Shown in pieces: positions 49,554 to 62,490 of a stretch of DNA of 64,000 nucleotides. Source of the DNA: Selaginella moellendorffii (lineage: Eukaryota > Plantae > Lycopodiophyta); NCBI RefSeq assembly GCF_000143415.4, contig NW_003314303.1, positions 780,613-844,612 of the forward strand, written 5' to 3'. A program made the position numbers and the translations under genes. Under the pieces are notes generated by a model. That model searched no databases, had not been told where the DNA came from, and saw nothing but the letters and a program-made list of their open reading frames with translations. Each line of letters begins with the position of its first letter. Position 1 is the first letter of the stretch.

Positions 49554-50455
49554 AACTGATTCCCCTTGGCTCAGTAGAGGTTATTACTCAATAGTCAATG
49601 AGGACATTGACATCTCTGAAGGGGGGGTGAGTGTAGCGCATGTGATCATGGGATGAGATTTGGATATACTGTCACCGTGGATCCTTGGAACCTTGGGAGA
49701 TAAATGGGGATAAAATAGCCACTAAAAGCTCTCTCATCAAGCAATTGCCCCTTTTCCAGTTGGCTTAAGGGGAGAGAGATAAAGTGCGTTACACTGATCA
49801 AGCTCTTACGCTCTGCCCCTTTTCCAGTTGGCTTAAGGGGAGAGAGATAAAGTGTGCTACACTGATCAAGCTCTTACGCTCAAAGACAGTGCTTAAGTTG
49901 ATGCTGTTATCATCACGAAGATGGTAATTGTGTGTAAGTATAGCCAATGGGCATATGGTTCTTGTTTATTGCTGCTCATAGATATCTAGAAGACAAGACG
50001 ACATTTATATGGATATTCCATCCCTCGTTTAGGGAAAGTTTGCTTCATCAAGGATCTCTCTGTGTCCCAATGAAAGAAGTTTCCCAGATTTTAAACTTGC
50101 AATTGGAACAAACAGGGGTGTTCTCGATCCTTCTTGCAAGAGACAAAGAAAACGAGGAGAAAGAAAGCTGTTATTGCTGTTTCTAAACTCTCAAGAATTT
50201 CACTCCAAGCTCGGCTTATATGGACCGCCCTGACAAGAAAGTATCGAGGAAATCACTTGTAGCAGTGGGTTCTCTTCTTTTTGCAAAAAAAGAAAAAAAG
50301 GGAAGAAAAAAAGGAAGAACCTCGATTAATATAAAGCAAACAGTCATACAAGGATGAAAAAGTGAGTAAGATGACCAGCAAAAAATGGTTTTCTTCTTTC
50401 GGAGGAAAACAATGTGAAAACTATGAAAGGGAAATTCATCTTGAGAGGCCGGGAT

Positions 50456-52521
50456 TTACATGTACTTTACAGAGCCATTTGCGTCTTCGAGCCAGCGGGA
50501 GATGTAAGTCGCTATGAGCCTCTGACCCGCTTGTGCAACCTCCGGGTCGGCACACTTGGAGGTGTTTCCTGCAAGGATATATACACGCGCCATCAAATGT
50601 GAGTAATGGAATCCATGGGTTTACCTCCGATTTGAGGCGGGGACTGCGGACAGCCTAGCATATCAACTCCATGAGCGCAGTTTTGACACTTAATCACATA
50701 TGCGGGCTCTGCAATTGCATCAAAAGCTGATTTGAAACAACATAGCTTATGATGGCTCTCTTACCATTGCGGGAAGAAGTTTGCTTGGAGGCATGACGCC
50801 AAGGATCTTGGGAACCGTTCATGAACAAAATCTTATCTCCTACAACAAACAAAGGATGAATGATGACTGCCAACGGACACCATCAACTGGGAAATACCTC
50901 TGATCTTGTTTCCCCCGTAGTAAAGGTTCGTGTTATCGACTTCTGGGAATGTGCCGTTCTCGAAGACGTTGGAGCATAAATCCAAATGGTACCTGCACAA
51001 GCATCAGGACATGGGATAAGATGATACAGCTTGTGCTTACGTACTTAACATTGATGAGAGCAGAGCGAATGCTACTGTTTGCAGGCGCCACTTGAAAGTA
51101 CCCCAATTCGGTGCACATTTGGTACCACCCTAATCTATCACCTACAAGCAGACCATCAGAAAAAACTCAAGCTCAACGGTAGACTTACTCGAATGATCTC
51201 CTGCAGCCAAGTTTTCTTTCAAGTGCTTTTGATCATAAGTATTGATGCTCGATTTCAATGTGTCTATGTAGTAATCTTTGACATACTTCGCATACACAGC
51301 CTGAACGACAAGAAAATTATCTGCAGCGGCATCACTTTCACGCACATACCAGTAGATCCTCGTTACGTTTATACGCAGCAACAAGTGGCGAACACAAGAT
51401 TTCTGGATTACCATACTGAAACTGCGTAAGAAAAAGAAAATATCAGGTGGCAGAGTAAAGAACTAAATTATACCGCAGTGGTCGCAGCATCGGCTAGCAA
51501 ATACAGGAAATCTCCATCCACGTCGAGCTGCAAAGTTTACTCGGCGTGAGATCTAAGACTGACCAGAAGTTACCTGTTCAGCATTGAACAATGCTTTCGT
51601 AGACATAGAGTTTTTCTTCAGGCCTTGTTCTGCTAAACGGGTCACGGCACGCAAAGCAGCGCTACAAGTAGCACCGGCGGATTCGGCAACCTGCAGGTGT
51701 ATACGAACGCTTAGAGATAAAATCAAGGAAAAGATGGTAAAGGCTTTCCTGCTCGTCGAGCTTAGTGAACTCGAAAATTGCTTGGACAATACCAGAGCTT
51801 GCAACGCTTCCAACCGCTAAATGTGGAAACTTCAGCTTAAACCAGGCACTCAATGCTCCAGCGTATGACCATCCAATTACAATCCAAGGATTGTCGCTGG
51901 TAGAGTTGGTCCTATGATTAATCAGGTCCTGCAACACAGCCTCTATTCAAGTCGCGAAACTAGATAAAATAGCTGCCACCTGGTAGTATTCACGAAATGC
52001 TGCGAGATCGAAAAGAGCCTGCTTGGAAGATAGATAAATCAAGTTCTCTGTCGCGTGAGTTTTGAATGGCGAGCTCTGTCCATAGTATCGGTGCTCAAGA
52101 GAAACAATCGCGGCTCCAAACCTTTTCGCTAGCACCTTGACACCGCAGGTAAGAAAAGCGATCCAGTTCAATCGAGAAAAAAGTTTTCTTACCGCACTGT
52201 AATCGTTTTGGATCCCTACACACGGTCCCTCGGGACATATCTTGAGAAACACTGGCCCGTTGGGAGCATCGAAGTAGTCCGTAAACTCATAGTAGCGCTG
52301 AGAAAAAGTTCTATCGTCCTGTAAATATCGAGCAATGTAAAATTCCAATCTCTCGAAGAACAAACAAAAAGAATTCTTACTTGAGTCGCGTAGTGATCCA
52401 GAGTCTGTGTATACCAATGAGCATCAGTCGTCAATAGCGCATCGCCGCGATGCAGCGTGGCATGGAATGAGACGCCGGCACAGGCCGACACCAGCAAGAA
52501 AATGCACCAAATCTTCTCCAT
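50456..52521 (-). CDS. Serine carboxypeptidase S28 family, copy 2 (inverted duplicate, possibly non-functional)
   Basis: Exon-for-exon match to copy 1; GWSYAG at the nucleophile motif; one donor site reads GA. Confidence 0.75.
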
Positions 52522-52756
52522 CTCGGGATCCAGAGAGAAATCTCCCGCTTCCAATCCTACGCGTAAAAGCCAGAGAGAAATCTTGCGCTTCCAATCCTAC
52601 TCGTACCTCGGCGCATTCACCGTCTGCTCGATCCCACGTCAGATGAAAACAAGCGATCCATCCAATCCTGATAAACTCTGGGTAGATGGTCTCCCTCAAC
52701 TTGGCGTGATCGCTACACTCAAGCAAGACTGACTTCTTCAAAATATAACACTACTT

Positions 52757-53410
52757 AAGATCCGCCGAATTGTGGGCCTTGAGATGCAACGTAGCATCAG
52801 CATTGCTCACATCCATGTCACTGATGGTGCTGGCTGCGCTCTCGCCAGACATGTTACTCCGATCATAGCCAAAACCTCACCCTCCAATAACACAAAAATG
52901 AGATGAGAAGAGATATGGATGAAGAATCCTTGCATGAGGAGGAGTTTAATGTGAAAACTTCTAAACAGGAGTTCGGTGATGACATTCAGTTGAAATTTTA
53001 TAATGTAAAAATGAAGCAGCCAGCCGTCTAATATTCCTCAGGACACTATTTGATTCAGTCCTGACTGTCCGCCACGAAAAGACTTGAATGAACTGCTCCC
53101 AGGACGCCGGTGGAGAATGGGGGCGCTGTCAAGGATCCAGGCGCTAAGTTTACACTCCTCCCGTGAGCTAAAGTAGATATGGAGGGATTGACTCGGAGAA
53201 TTGAGCGGCGTCCAGCAAAGCAGTGGCCGGCTTCATGGACACTATAGAGACTCGGAGGTTGCTCAGAAACAATCGCATATGAAGTACGAGATCAGAGAGA
53301 CTCCTGAGTTTTCCTTCCGGATTCTTTTCTTTTTTTTTTTTTGCTTTGCTGATCGTACTCTGCTATTAACTTGTACTTGGAATTCCAGTAATTTTGTATG
53401 GATTGTAACA
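52757..53410. pseudogene. Scrambled fragments of the NAT gene 5' end and promoter
   Basis: 52757-53070 match parts of 38830-39630 directly; 53092-53410 match 38450-38818 inverted. Confidence 0.85.
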
Positions 53411-53617
53411 CACTTGTACCTTTTTGCTTTAAAAGTACAAACATTTATCTTATAGCTGTTTGGGGTTTAGACAAAATGGTTGTGCTCAGCAAAAGCTTTT
53501 TGCAGGTTGACGCTTTGCTCCATTTTGATAATCTCTTGTGTCCGTAAAAGGAGAGGCATGTCATTGCCTGCAGTGGAGACTGCTTACAAATTACAATCAA
53601 ATATCTATATCCAATCC

Positions 53618-55746
53618 TTAGCGTAAGACAACGTTTCTAGAGGTCGGTTCACAGACGTGGTTCAGCTTCTTGGCATGGTGTGTGCTATGCGTTTGAGTTC
53701 TGCACGCAAGTCCATACCAGCAATCATCCCTTCTCGCGGCCTCAGGGGGCATTTCCTGGTGAACAAAAGAAAAACGCAATATACGTCTCAAAACTACAAG
53801 CTTAAAAAGCTCACCGTCTTCGGGATGGACATCCTAAACTTGTCTAACAAGTGCCCAATGACTTTGTCAGCACAGTCACTGCAAATGCACAGTTCATCAG
53901 AGCCTGTCAAGAGAAGTAGAGCATTAGAATCTTACTTGCAGACTGCCGAGGTTGACGTTATTGCTTGCATGTCTGGGAGGGCTGAAAGAACCAAAATAAT
54001 GGTTGGCAAAACGAAGTATATTACACAAACATACCAAGCTCAGACCGATCCACCTTCTGCATCCAATCCCTCACAACACCTTCGACGGTGAGCCCATGCT
54101 GAGATATGTATTGGTTTGTAAACTGCACAGCAAGATCAAAGTCAGGAAATACAGAAGTATAGGAATGGAGAAAATGGAAATGACCTCTTGCTCGACTGTA
54201 TTGGACTTGTGAGTTCCATGGGGAATGGAACTTATTTGCCGCTCGTTCATCTAAAATAGAGAGAAACTTCAGACGATGATCATAACGAACACGACTTACA
54301 GGTAGCAGTCTTTCGCTTGGGCATCCGATCTCGCCAGAGTCCGAGGGAAGGTTCTGAGAGCGCCAATAAGCATCGCAACATATAACTCTGCAGGCAGCAC
54401 CTGAGAAAAGGAAAAGCTAAGAGTCAGAAGCACAATGACAAGCAGTAGATTACATCTTTGCGGAACACTAAGATCCGTTCTCTCTGGCATTTCCCAACCG
54501 CAATTGTCACAGATTAAATGCGTACTACCAGGTTGACATTGGAATGCGCTGCTGTTCGCTACAAAGAAGCAAAACAAGAGTGGGAAATCAGAGACAAAGA
54601 AAAGCTTACAGTTGCATTGTCGACAGGAAGTCCGCTCCTCATCATCTTCACCACCTTCACTTTCATAATCACGGTCGGCATCACCGTCACGACTATCGGC
54701 CTCTGATTCGTGAATGCTCTCCCCCTCATCCTCATCGTCCTCGCCTTCTCGTTGAGATGGGAAGGATGGCACAACCGGAACGCTGCTCAGCGTTGTGCGT
54801 AAGTTGCTGCCAACCGGTCGCATGCTGCTCAAGTTTGCGCGGAAGTTGCTCATGGTAATCGGTTTTGGATTGTTTAGTTTCATCTGTCCAAAGAAGTGAG
54901 CCCAAAGTAAGAAAGAGAAAGGAAAGAAGAGAGAAATCCTTACAAAGCTCGAGGTGACCACGGCAACTTTGTCCATCTTCTCAATCACCTCCGGCGAGCG
55001 CTTGAGAGAAGGATTGTTGCTTAACAAGTCCTCCACCAAGCTAGCCATCATATGGTTCTTACAGGCGTAGACGATATCACCGCGGCACTGCGGACACTTA
55101 CACCCGCCCTGTCCTCTGGCTTGAGAGGTCTTGTACCACTCCGAGAAGCACGCGTTACTGCAAAGAAGAAAGAAGAACAACAATGAGGAGAAACTAAACT
55201 CGCGAGAACGAGCTCGAAAACCTACCAGAAGTTGTGCTGACAGGGTGATACGCACACCACATCGTGCCAGATCTCCAAGCAAATGCAGCACTTGAAAGTG
55301 GCCACATCGAGCGTTGTCTAGCAGAGAAATCGCAAATCTCAGACTAGAGAAAAAAGAAACAAATGGCCAAACCTTGAGTCGACTCTCATCCTCTGGCTCT
55401 TTCTTCTCCTCCTCCGCTGGAGCTTGCTTTTCTTCTTCCGCTGGCGATTTCTTCTTCTCCTCCGCTGGAGATTTCACTTTCTCCTCCACTGGAGATTTCT
55501 TTTTCTCCTCCGCTGGAGCTTTCTTTTCATCTTCAACCTTGAGCCGCTTATCGTCCACCTCGTCGTCGCTATCGCCGCCAAGGCGCAAGCTCTGTGAAAC
55601 GCACTCGATCAAAACCACCGACCAGAAGGAAGAGGAGAACGAAACCTACATCGGGAATCCGGCGCTTCTGGGCAGCTGGAGGACGATCGCAGAAAATCTG
55701 TGAAGCAAAGCGAGAGAAGGGAGAGAAGCACAGTACCTGACGCCAT
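53618..55746 (-). CDS. CHFR-like RING E3 ligase
   Basis: Spliced C3HC4 RING CCICLEIWHDVVCVSPCQHNFC/NACFSEW..CPQCR; Cys-rich domain CRQC..HLICDNC..MPER; C-terminal PBZ-like GYACRTQ.H..HA..LNHVCE. Confidence 0.85.
55400..55530 (-). repeat. 24-bp coding minisatellite (PAEEKKKS-type, about 5 units)
   Basis: CCAGCGGAGGAGAA.AAG repeats within the CHFR-like exon. Confidence 0.85.
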
Positions 55747-55936
55747 GATCGCAGCGAAGAGGAGCAAAGAAATTTAGGGCTCGTGGAAAAGAATATGCGC
55801 TACGGCAAACGAGAATATACCCCGTTAGCTTCCTCTAGAAGGATCACTTTGCTCGAATAATGTGCCGTTCCTTTTAGGGCTTGTAAAAGCAAATATTCGG
55901 CACTCAAAAAAAGAATATACCGCGGTCTACAAAGGA

Positions 55937-57754
55937 TCAGTCGTTCTGCTCGTCGTCGTGTGGGCGAAGAAGGCTGAGAGACACTCCAGCGCCGAGTGTG
56001 GTTGCTACAATGCCTAGAGATACCTCTGTTGGTACGTGAAGACCTGTGATCAAAGAAATAAAAATCACAAAAGCTAAGATCAAACGTGGCTTACCAAAGA
56101 AATCTAGCACCATCTTCGCTCCAATGAAGCCCAGGATGGCAGCTACGGCAGGCTGGATGGTACAAGAGATGTGAGCACCCAAACCGTGAAGCATCATCTT
56201 AAAGAAGTTCTTACTTGCAAGTATTCGAGCTCGGCCATACTGCTCGAAATCAATGTGTACAGTGATCTTAATCCTGCACAGAAGATGATGTCAAGTCTTC
56301 ACACTGGATTTCAAGGATTTACCAAGAATGGCGAAAAGGTTGGAGGAGAAGACAATGAAGGGATCTCTGGTGACGCCAAACACTGCTGGAATCGAGTCCA
56401 CCTGTGGAAAGAACACTGGAGTGAACTTTCAAGCATCCAAAACTAGGTGCGCTACTTACGGCGAAAGCAATGTCGCTTAGCTCAATCACGGCTAGCGTGA
56501 GAAGCAGCGGTGTCGCCTACAAAGACTTAATGCGTTAGCTTCATTCCGAAACTAGAAACTTCGAACCATTCTGACGCCATCAATCGTAGTGAAGAATTTT
56601 TGCCCGTCGTAATCGGCTAGAAAGAGCAACGTTAGATTCTACGAGCATAATTCGCGAGAACTCACGGGTCACGGGAATAAAGCGCTTGCATGTATTCACA
56701 ATATAGTTCTCAGAAAAATCGTTTTCTTCGTCCGAGCCTGTAAGCAGCTGAAGTTATGCAGTTAAGAGAAGCCTTGTGAAACCAGACACAAACCTTATAA
56801 GAGGAAAAGAGGAGTATGGCCGCAAGCAAGAGGTTGACAACTTCAAATCTCTGTGACCACAACCAACGCTATAAGCAAAAAGAAACAAACATTCAGTACG
56901 TGCCTCTAGAGTAGCAACGCCGAGAAGAATCATGGTAGCCCGAAAAACAATAGCTCCAGCTATTCCATACGTGAGAACGCGACTCTAAGTAGAACATTTC
57001 GCCAGTGAGGAAGCTAAACTTCATACTCTGCGCACCTGATACTGAAGTGGTACTTGGAAATAGTTGAAAATAAGAACAAAAACGAAGAGGTTGTCGACCG
57101 AGAGGCTTTGCTCCAAGAGGTATCTGCACCATTGAAGTTAAACAACACAAACACAGGAAATTTTAGAAGAAAATACCCCGCAAAAAACTCGGACGCTTTT
57201 GTTGATCCTTCCGTGACACCAACAAATGCTCCAAAAGCGGCTGCAGCAGTCACCTAGTAAACAAAGTTCCCGGAAGTTGTGCTTTTGTTTTTGGTTTCTT
57301 TTGTCACTCACCCAAAATACGACTGTCTTAATGGCCGCCTCCTTTTCTATGACTGGCTTTGTGACTGGAACGTCCTCGATCTCGATCTCGCCAACAGTGG
57401 AGACTGAAATAGCAGCAGCTTCCACGAGCTTCTCGGCAACAATTCCAATGCTTTGTTCTGTCGATCCATTGTGATCATCTGCGTATCGAAAGCTTAAGAA
57501 TTGTAAAAAGAAGAAAGATCATTGCTCAAAGAAAGAACAAGAAAAAAAAGGAAGAACAATGAGAGAAAACTTTGTTTTACCTTGTGTGTCTTTTGCGCAT
57601 GACAATGCAACAGTGTCCTCGAAGTAGAGAGCATGCTTGCTGCAAGTACAAAAAAAAAAACAGAAAGATTTCTTGCTAAGCGATTCTCTAGAGACTAGAT
57701 GATCTTACCGACCATATACACTAGAGGATGTTCGCATCATTCTCTGCGAGATCC
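55937..57754 (-). CDS. TERC: Thylakoid TerC protein, start in gap
   Basis: [46 protein letters not shown]. Confidence 0.9.
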
Positions 57755-58341
57755 NNNNNNNNNNNNNNNNNNNNNNNNNNNNNNNNNNNNNNNNNNNNNN
57801 NNNNNNNNNNNNNNNNNNNNNNNNNNNNNNNNNNNNNNNNNNNNNNNNNNNNNNNNNNNNNNNNNNNNNNNNNNNNNNNNNNNNNNNNNNNNNNNNNNNN
57901 NNNNNNNNNNNNNNNNNNNNNNNNNNNNNNNNNNNNNNNNNNNNNNNNNNNNNNNNNNNNNNNNNNNNNNNNNNNNNNNNNNNNNNNNNNNNNNNNNNNN
58001 NNNNNNNNNNNNNNNNNNNNNNNNNNNNNNNNNNNNNNNNNNNNNNNNNNNNNNNNNNNNNNNNNNNNNNNNNNNNNNNNNNNNNNNNNNNNNNNNNNNN
58101 NNNNNNNNNNNNNNNNNNNNNNNNNNNNNNNNNNNNNNNNNNNNNNNNNNNNNNNNNNNNNNNNNNNNNNNNNNNNNNNNNNNNNNNNNNNNNNNNNNNN
58201 NNNNNNNNNNNNNNNNNNNNNNNNNNNNNNNNNNNNNNNNNNNNNNNNNNNNNNNNNNNNNNNNNNNNNNNNNNNNNNNNNNNNNNNNNNNNNNNNNNNN
58301 NNNNNNNNNNNNNNNNNNNNNNNNNNNNNNNNNNNNNNNNN
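57755..58341. other. Assembly gap
   Basis: N run. Confidence 1.
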
Positions 58342-58357
58342 CGGTTTAGGGCTTTTG

Positions 58358-58922
58358 ATGGCTATGGAGGAGGGAGAATCGTCAGGTTCGCTGCTTTGAT
58401 CGTGGATTTTCCCGCGCTAGATCGCCTCCTCTGTCCAGGAATCGAGGAGGATGCGACGCCCGGCGAGCTGTATGATCCGCTGATCGACGATCACGACGAG
58501 AAATGGGCCACGGCGCAGCGGCAGGGGCGGAAGTCCGACGCGATTCTCAGCTGCCCGGCTTGCTTCACGACGCTATGCCTGGATTGCCAGAGGTGAGTGA
58601 GAATTTCGATCCGAGAGACAGAGATTTCGATATTTCTAAGGATTTCCCACTGGCCAGGCACGAAATCTACGTGACGCAGTACCGCGCGATGTTCGTGAGG
58701 AACTGCCGGGTGTGCGAGGACGAATTCGTGGAGGAATCCCGCGGCGATCGCAGGAAGAGCCAGAGGAAGAGGAAGCGCGAACCGTTATCATCGATCGCTA
58801 CTCCCGCCGCTGCCGCTCCGACCCTGCGACGCGTGCGATGCGCTGTTTGCAGTGTGGAAGTCGGGGCGATCGACAGCGACGAGGTATACCATTTCTTTAA
58901 TGCGCTGCCCAGCTACTCGTAA
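58358..58922 (+). CDS. E2F-associated phosphoprotein C-terminal domain protein
   Basis: YDP..DD.DEKW, SDAILSCPACFTTLCLDCQRHE.YVTQYRAMFV.NC, CAVCSVEVG..D.DEVYHFFN. Confidence 0.88.
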
Positions 58923-59486
58923 GAACCCTAAAAGAGAGTGGGGGGCGTAAAGGTCGTCCCGGCGGACTTTCCAAGCCGGAAGGTCCAGCGTGCGCAATTG
59001 TGGCACGGAAACCACCGGGGCCGGCTGACCATTCCAGCTCGGAATGTCCGCCGTTAGCTATGTGTATGTATGTGTACATGATGATGATGATGATGATGTA
59101 CCAAGGGCACCCCATTTCGCCGTGATATTACTTTGATCGATAGGGAGAGAAAGGGAAGAAGCCCTCTTTTGGTGCCGTGGGCGGCGCGGGGCGCGATCGA
59201 TCGATCCCGGCTGCTGGCTGCTCAGCTTGATCCGGCGCCGGGGAGCCGCGTTTCGTGTGCATCGGCGCGTTGAATCTGGTGGTAAGTGGTGGCTGGAGGA
59301 GAGCATTTGGTAAGAAGATCGGTTAGGGTTTAGAGATCGGGGCGTAGGATCGCAGGATTTAGGCGCTGCTGCTGGAAATCCAGGCCGCGACTCTCTCTTT
59401 TCTCCTTTTTTCCTTTCTTCTTCTGGCGGACAGTGCATGGGGTACTAGGTGATGATCTTACTAAGAGGCTATTGCATGGGTGAAGG

Positions 59487-62375
59487 ATGCCAGAGCTCCG
59501 TAGAGGAGCACGCCAAGGCGGCAACAACAAGAGCAACAATGCTACTGACGGTGGCGGCGACGCCGGCAGTCCTTCCGGCCGGAGGGCTTCCCTGAGGAAA
59601 TCAGCTACGCCGCTCTCGGTTAGAACAAGGGCCGCCACTGCCAAGGCCGCGGCATTGGGCGTGAGGGATTTAAACTTGGATGAAAGGGAAGGCCAGGCAG
59701 CTTTAGGAGCTCCTACTACGCAAGCTAGAGCTTATAACAGGCGCAGGGCGAAAGAGAAAGTGGTCGAGGCGGCTCCTCCACCTCCTCCTGTGGTTGCAGC
59801 TCCTTCTCCAGACTTGAACGTAGAGCGCGGGGTGGAAGAAGAGTTGCGAGCTCCAATGGATGAGGAAAGCGCTGGGAGGAGTGCTGCTGCTAGAGGTGGC
59901 GTTGCGGACGACGAGGTTCCAACAGCGCCACTGCCGGAGAATGTATGATTTTTTTCCATTGGATGTGGATGTAACTTTGCAATTTGGTTTCTTTTGTTTC
60001 CAGATACAAGTTGGTGGTTCTCCGGTCTATAGGACGGATAGGAAGCTGGGGAAAGGAGGCTTTGGTCAAGTTTACGTGGGTCGGAAGTTGGGGCCTGGTG
60101 ATCTAACCGGTCCAAATGCTGTAGAGGTCGGTGGCGTTTCCTCTTCTTTTTTTGCTTATGCTGATTGTGTTATAACGCTCGTTTGCGCAGGTTGCTCTCA
60201 AGTTCGAGCATAGGAGCAGCAAAGGTTGCAACTATGGGCCTCCTTACGAATGGCAGGTTTACGAGTGAGTAGTTCTACCATGAGTCTTTTCTCTATAGTT
60301 TCTAAGTTTTGGTTGATAGCAACCTTGGAGGAAAACACGGGATACCAAAGGTGCACTTCAAAGGTCGCCAGGGTGATTACTTTATAATGGTCGGTGTTGG
60401 AGTTGCACTGTGTTTCTTCTACTGAAAGTTTTAAGTGACTGTTCTAGGTAATGGACATGCTTGGGCCTAGCCTTTGGGACATTTGGAACTCNNNNNNNNN
60501 NNNNNNNNNNNNNNNNNNNNNNNNNNNNNNNNNNNNNNNNNNNNNNNNNNNNNNNNNNNNNNNNNNNNNNNNNNNNNNNNNNNNNNNNNNNNNNNNNNNN
60601 NNNNNNNNNNNNNNNNNNNNNNNNNNNNNNNNNNNNNNNNNNNNNNNNNNNNNNNNNNNNNNNNNNNNNNNNCGCAGATTTAATGTTTCGATGCAGATAT
60701 GTTCACGGAGATGTGAAACCGGAAAATTTTCTCCTTGGTAGACCGGGTTCTCCAGATGAAAAGAAACTCTACCTCGTGGATCTTGGCCTAGGTAAAATTT
60801 GTCACGTGAGATAGTTGTTTCTTATGTCTAATATGGTCATGATTCAGCTACAAAATGGCTTGACGGTACTACGGGGTCTCACGTAGACTATGATCAGAGG
60901 CCTGATGTTTTCAGGTATCACTCTTGTGTATCTGTGGATCGGGCTAAGTTTTAGTTGTGTTTCAGGGGAACTGTTCGGTACGCAAGTGTCCATGCGCACC
61001 TGGGTAGAACCGGTAGTAGAAGGGACGATCTGGAATCTCTTGCCTACACGCTGATATTCTTACTACGGGGTCGTCTTCCTTGGCAAGGTTACCAGGTTAG
61101 AGGCTTTGGTTTTAAAATTATTGCCTGCAGCTAAGGCTGCTTGTTGTGCAGGGTGATAACAAAGGCTTCTTGGTCTGCAAGAAGAAGATGGCAACATCAC
61201 CGGAGTCATTATGCTGTTTCTGTCCGGCTCCCTTCAAGGAATTTCTTGAAGCCGTTGTCAGTATGAAGTTCAACGAGGAGCCGAACTATGCAAAGCTGAT
61301 TTTGCTTTTTGACAGCATATTGGGCCTGCCTGCCCAACGGCCGATCAACACCGAATGTGCAACGAAGGTAAGATAAGCAGACAACGAGACAGCTGATGAG
61401 TTTGACATTATCTTTTACATTGTAGGTCGGTCATAAACGCGGAAGGCTGGCGGACTTTTCTGACGACGACGATCGTGCCAAGAAGAAAGTTCGTCTGGGC
61501 ATGCCAGCAATGCAGTGGATATCAGTCTACAATGCGCACAAGCCGATGAAGCAAAGATACCACTATAACGTAGCCGACACACGCCTGGCACAGCATGTTG
61601 AAAAAGGCAACCAAGACGGGTTGTTCATCAGCAGCGTTGCCTCTTCGACGAACCTCTGGGCGCTGATAATGGACGCCGGAACTGGATTCGGTTCGCAAGT
61701 CTACGAGCTATCGCAAGTGTTTTTCCACAAGGTACTACTTTTGACGAAACAATTTTTCGAGGCTTCTCACATTTCTCTGCTGCCTGTCAAAGGAATGGAT
61801 CATGGAGCAGTGGGAGAAGAACTACTACATCAGCGCAATCGCCGGTGCCAACAACGGTAGCTCGCTGGTGGTGATGTCCAAGGGAACGTCCTACACGCAG
61901 CAATCTTACAAGGTCAGCGACGCGTTTCCCTTCAAGTGGATCAACAAGAAGTGGAAGGAGGGATTCTACGTGACGTCCATGGCAACGGCAGGCAACCGCT
62001 GGGGCGTGGTGATGTCGAGAAACGCGGGGTTCACAGAGCAAGTGGTGGAGCTCGACTTTCTCTACCCGAGCGAAGGCATCCACTGGAGATGGGACCACGG
62101 GTTTCGTATAACATCCGCGGCCGCGACATGGGACCAGGCCGCATTCGTGTTGAGCGTTCCAAGGAAGAAACCATCGGATGAGACGCAAGAAACGCTGCGA
62201 ACGTCGGCTTTCCCGAGCAGCCACGTAAAGGTTGGTGTGGTGTGGTGTGATTTTTTTTTTTTTTTGCTCAAAGCTTTGGTTTTGATCGTTTTGCGTGGTG
62301 ATATTGTTTGCGCAGGATAAGTGGGCTAAGAATCTCTATATAGCAGCTGTTTGTTACGGACGAACAGTGTCATGA
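59487..62375 (+). CDS. MUT9-like (plant-specific casein kinase 1-like, MLK/PPK) kinase; spans a gap
   Basis: [55 protein letters not shown]. Confidence 0.93.
60492..60672. other. Assembly gap
   Basis: N run. Confidence 1.
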
Positions 62376-62490
62376 GCCATGTAATATCAAGGAGACAAAA
62401 ACAAATAATTTGGGTTTATGGCTGGTTCATGAGGCCCTTGGAGAAGGACTGAAATGTTCTTTCTCTTAAGTCTTTTAACTTTGGAAGAAA

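Larger units (their letters stand above)
48031..49793 (+). mobile_element. Non-autonomous LTR element A (LTRs 48031-48194, 49632-49793)
   Basis: Near-identical ~163-bp LTRs, TSD CTGAT (48026-30, 49794-98), PPT GAAGGGGGGGTGAG, TGG-start PBS-like site at 48197. Confidence 0.9.
47501..49925 (+). pseudogene. SRP54: SRP54 pseudogene interrupted by LTR elements
   Basis: [40 protein letters not shown]|DQA...VIITKM; frameshifts, stops, deletions. Confidence 0.85.

Noticed and set aside
59078-59098. (ATG)n run
   Set aside because: Ordinary short microsatellite
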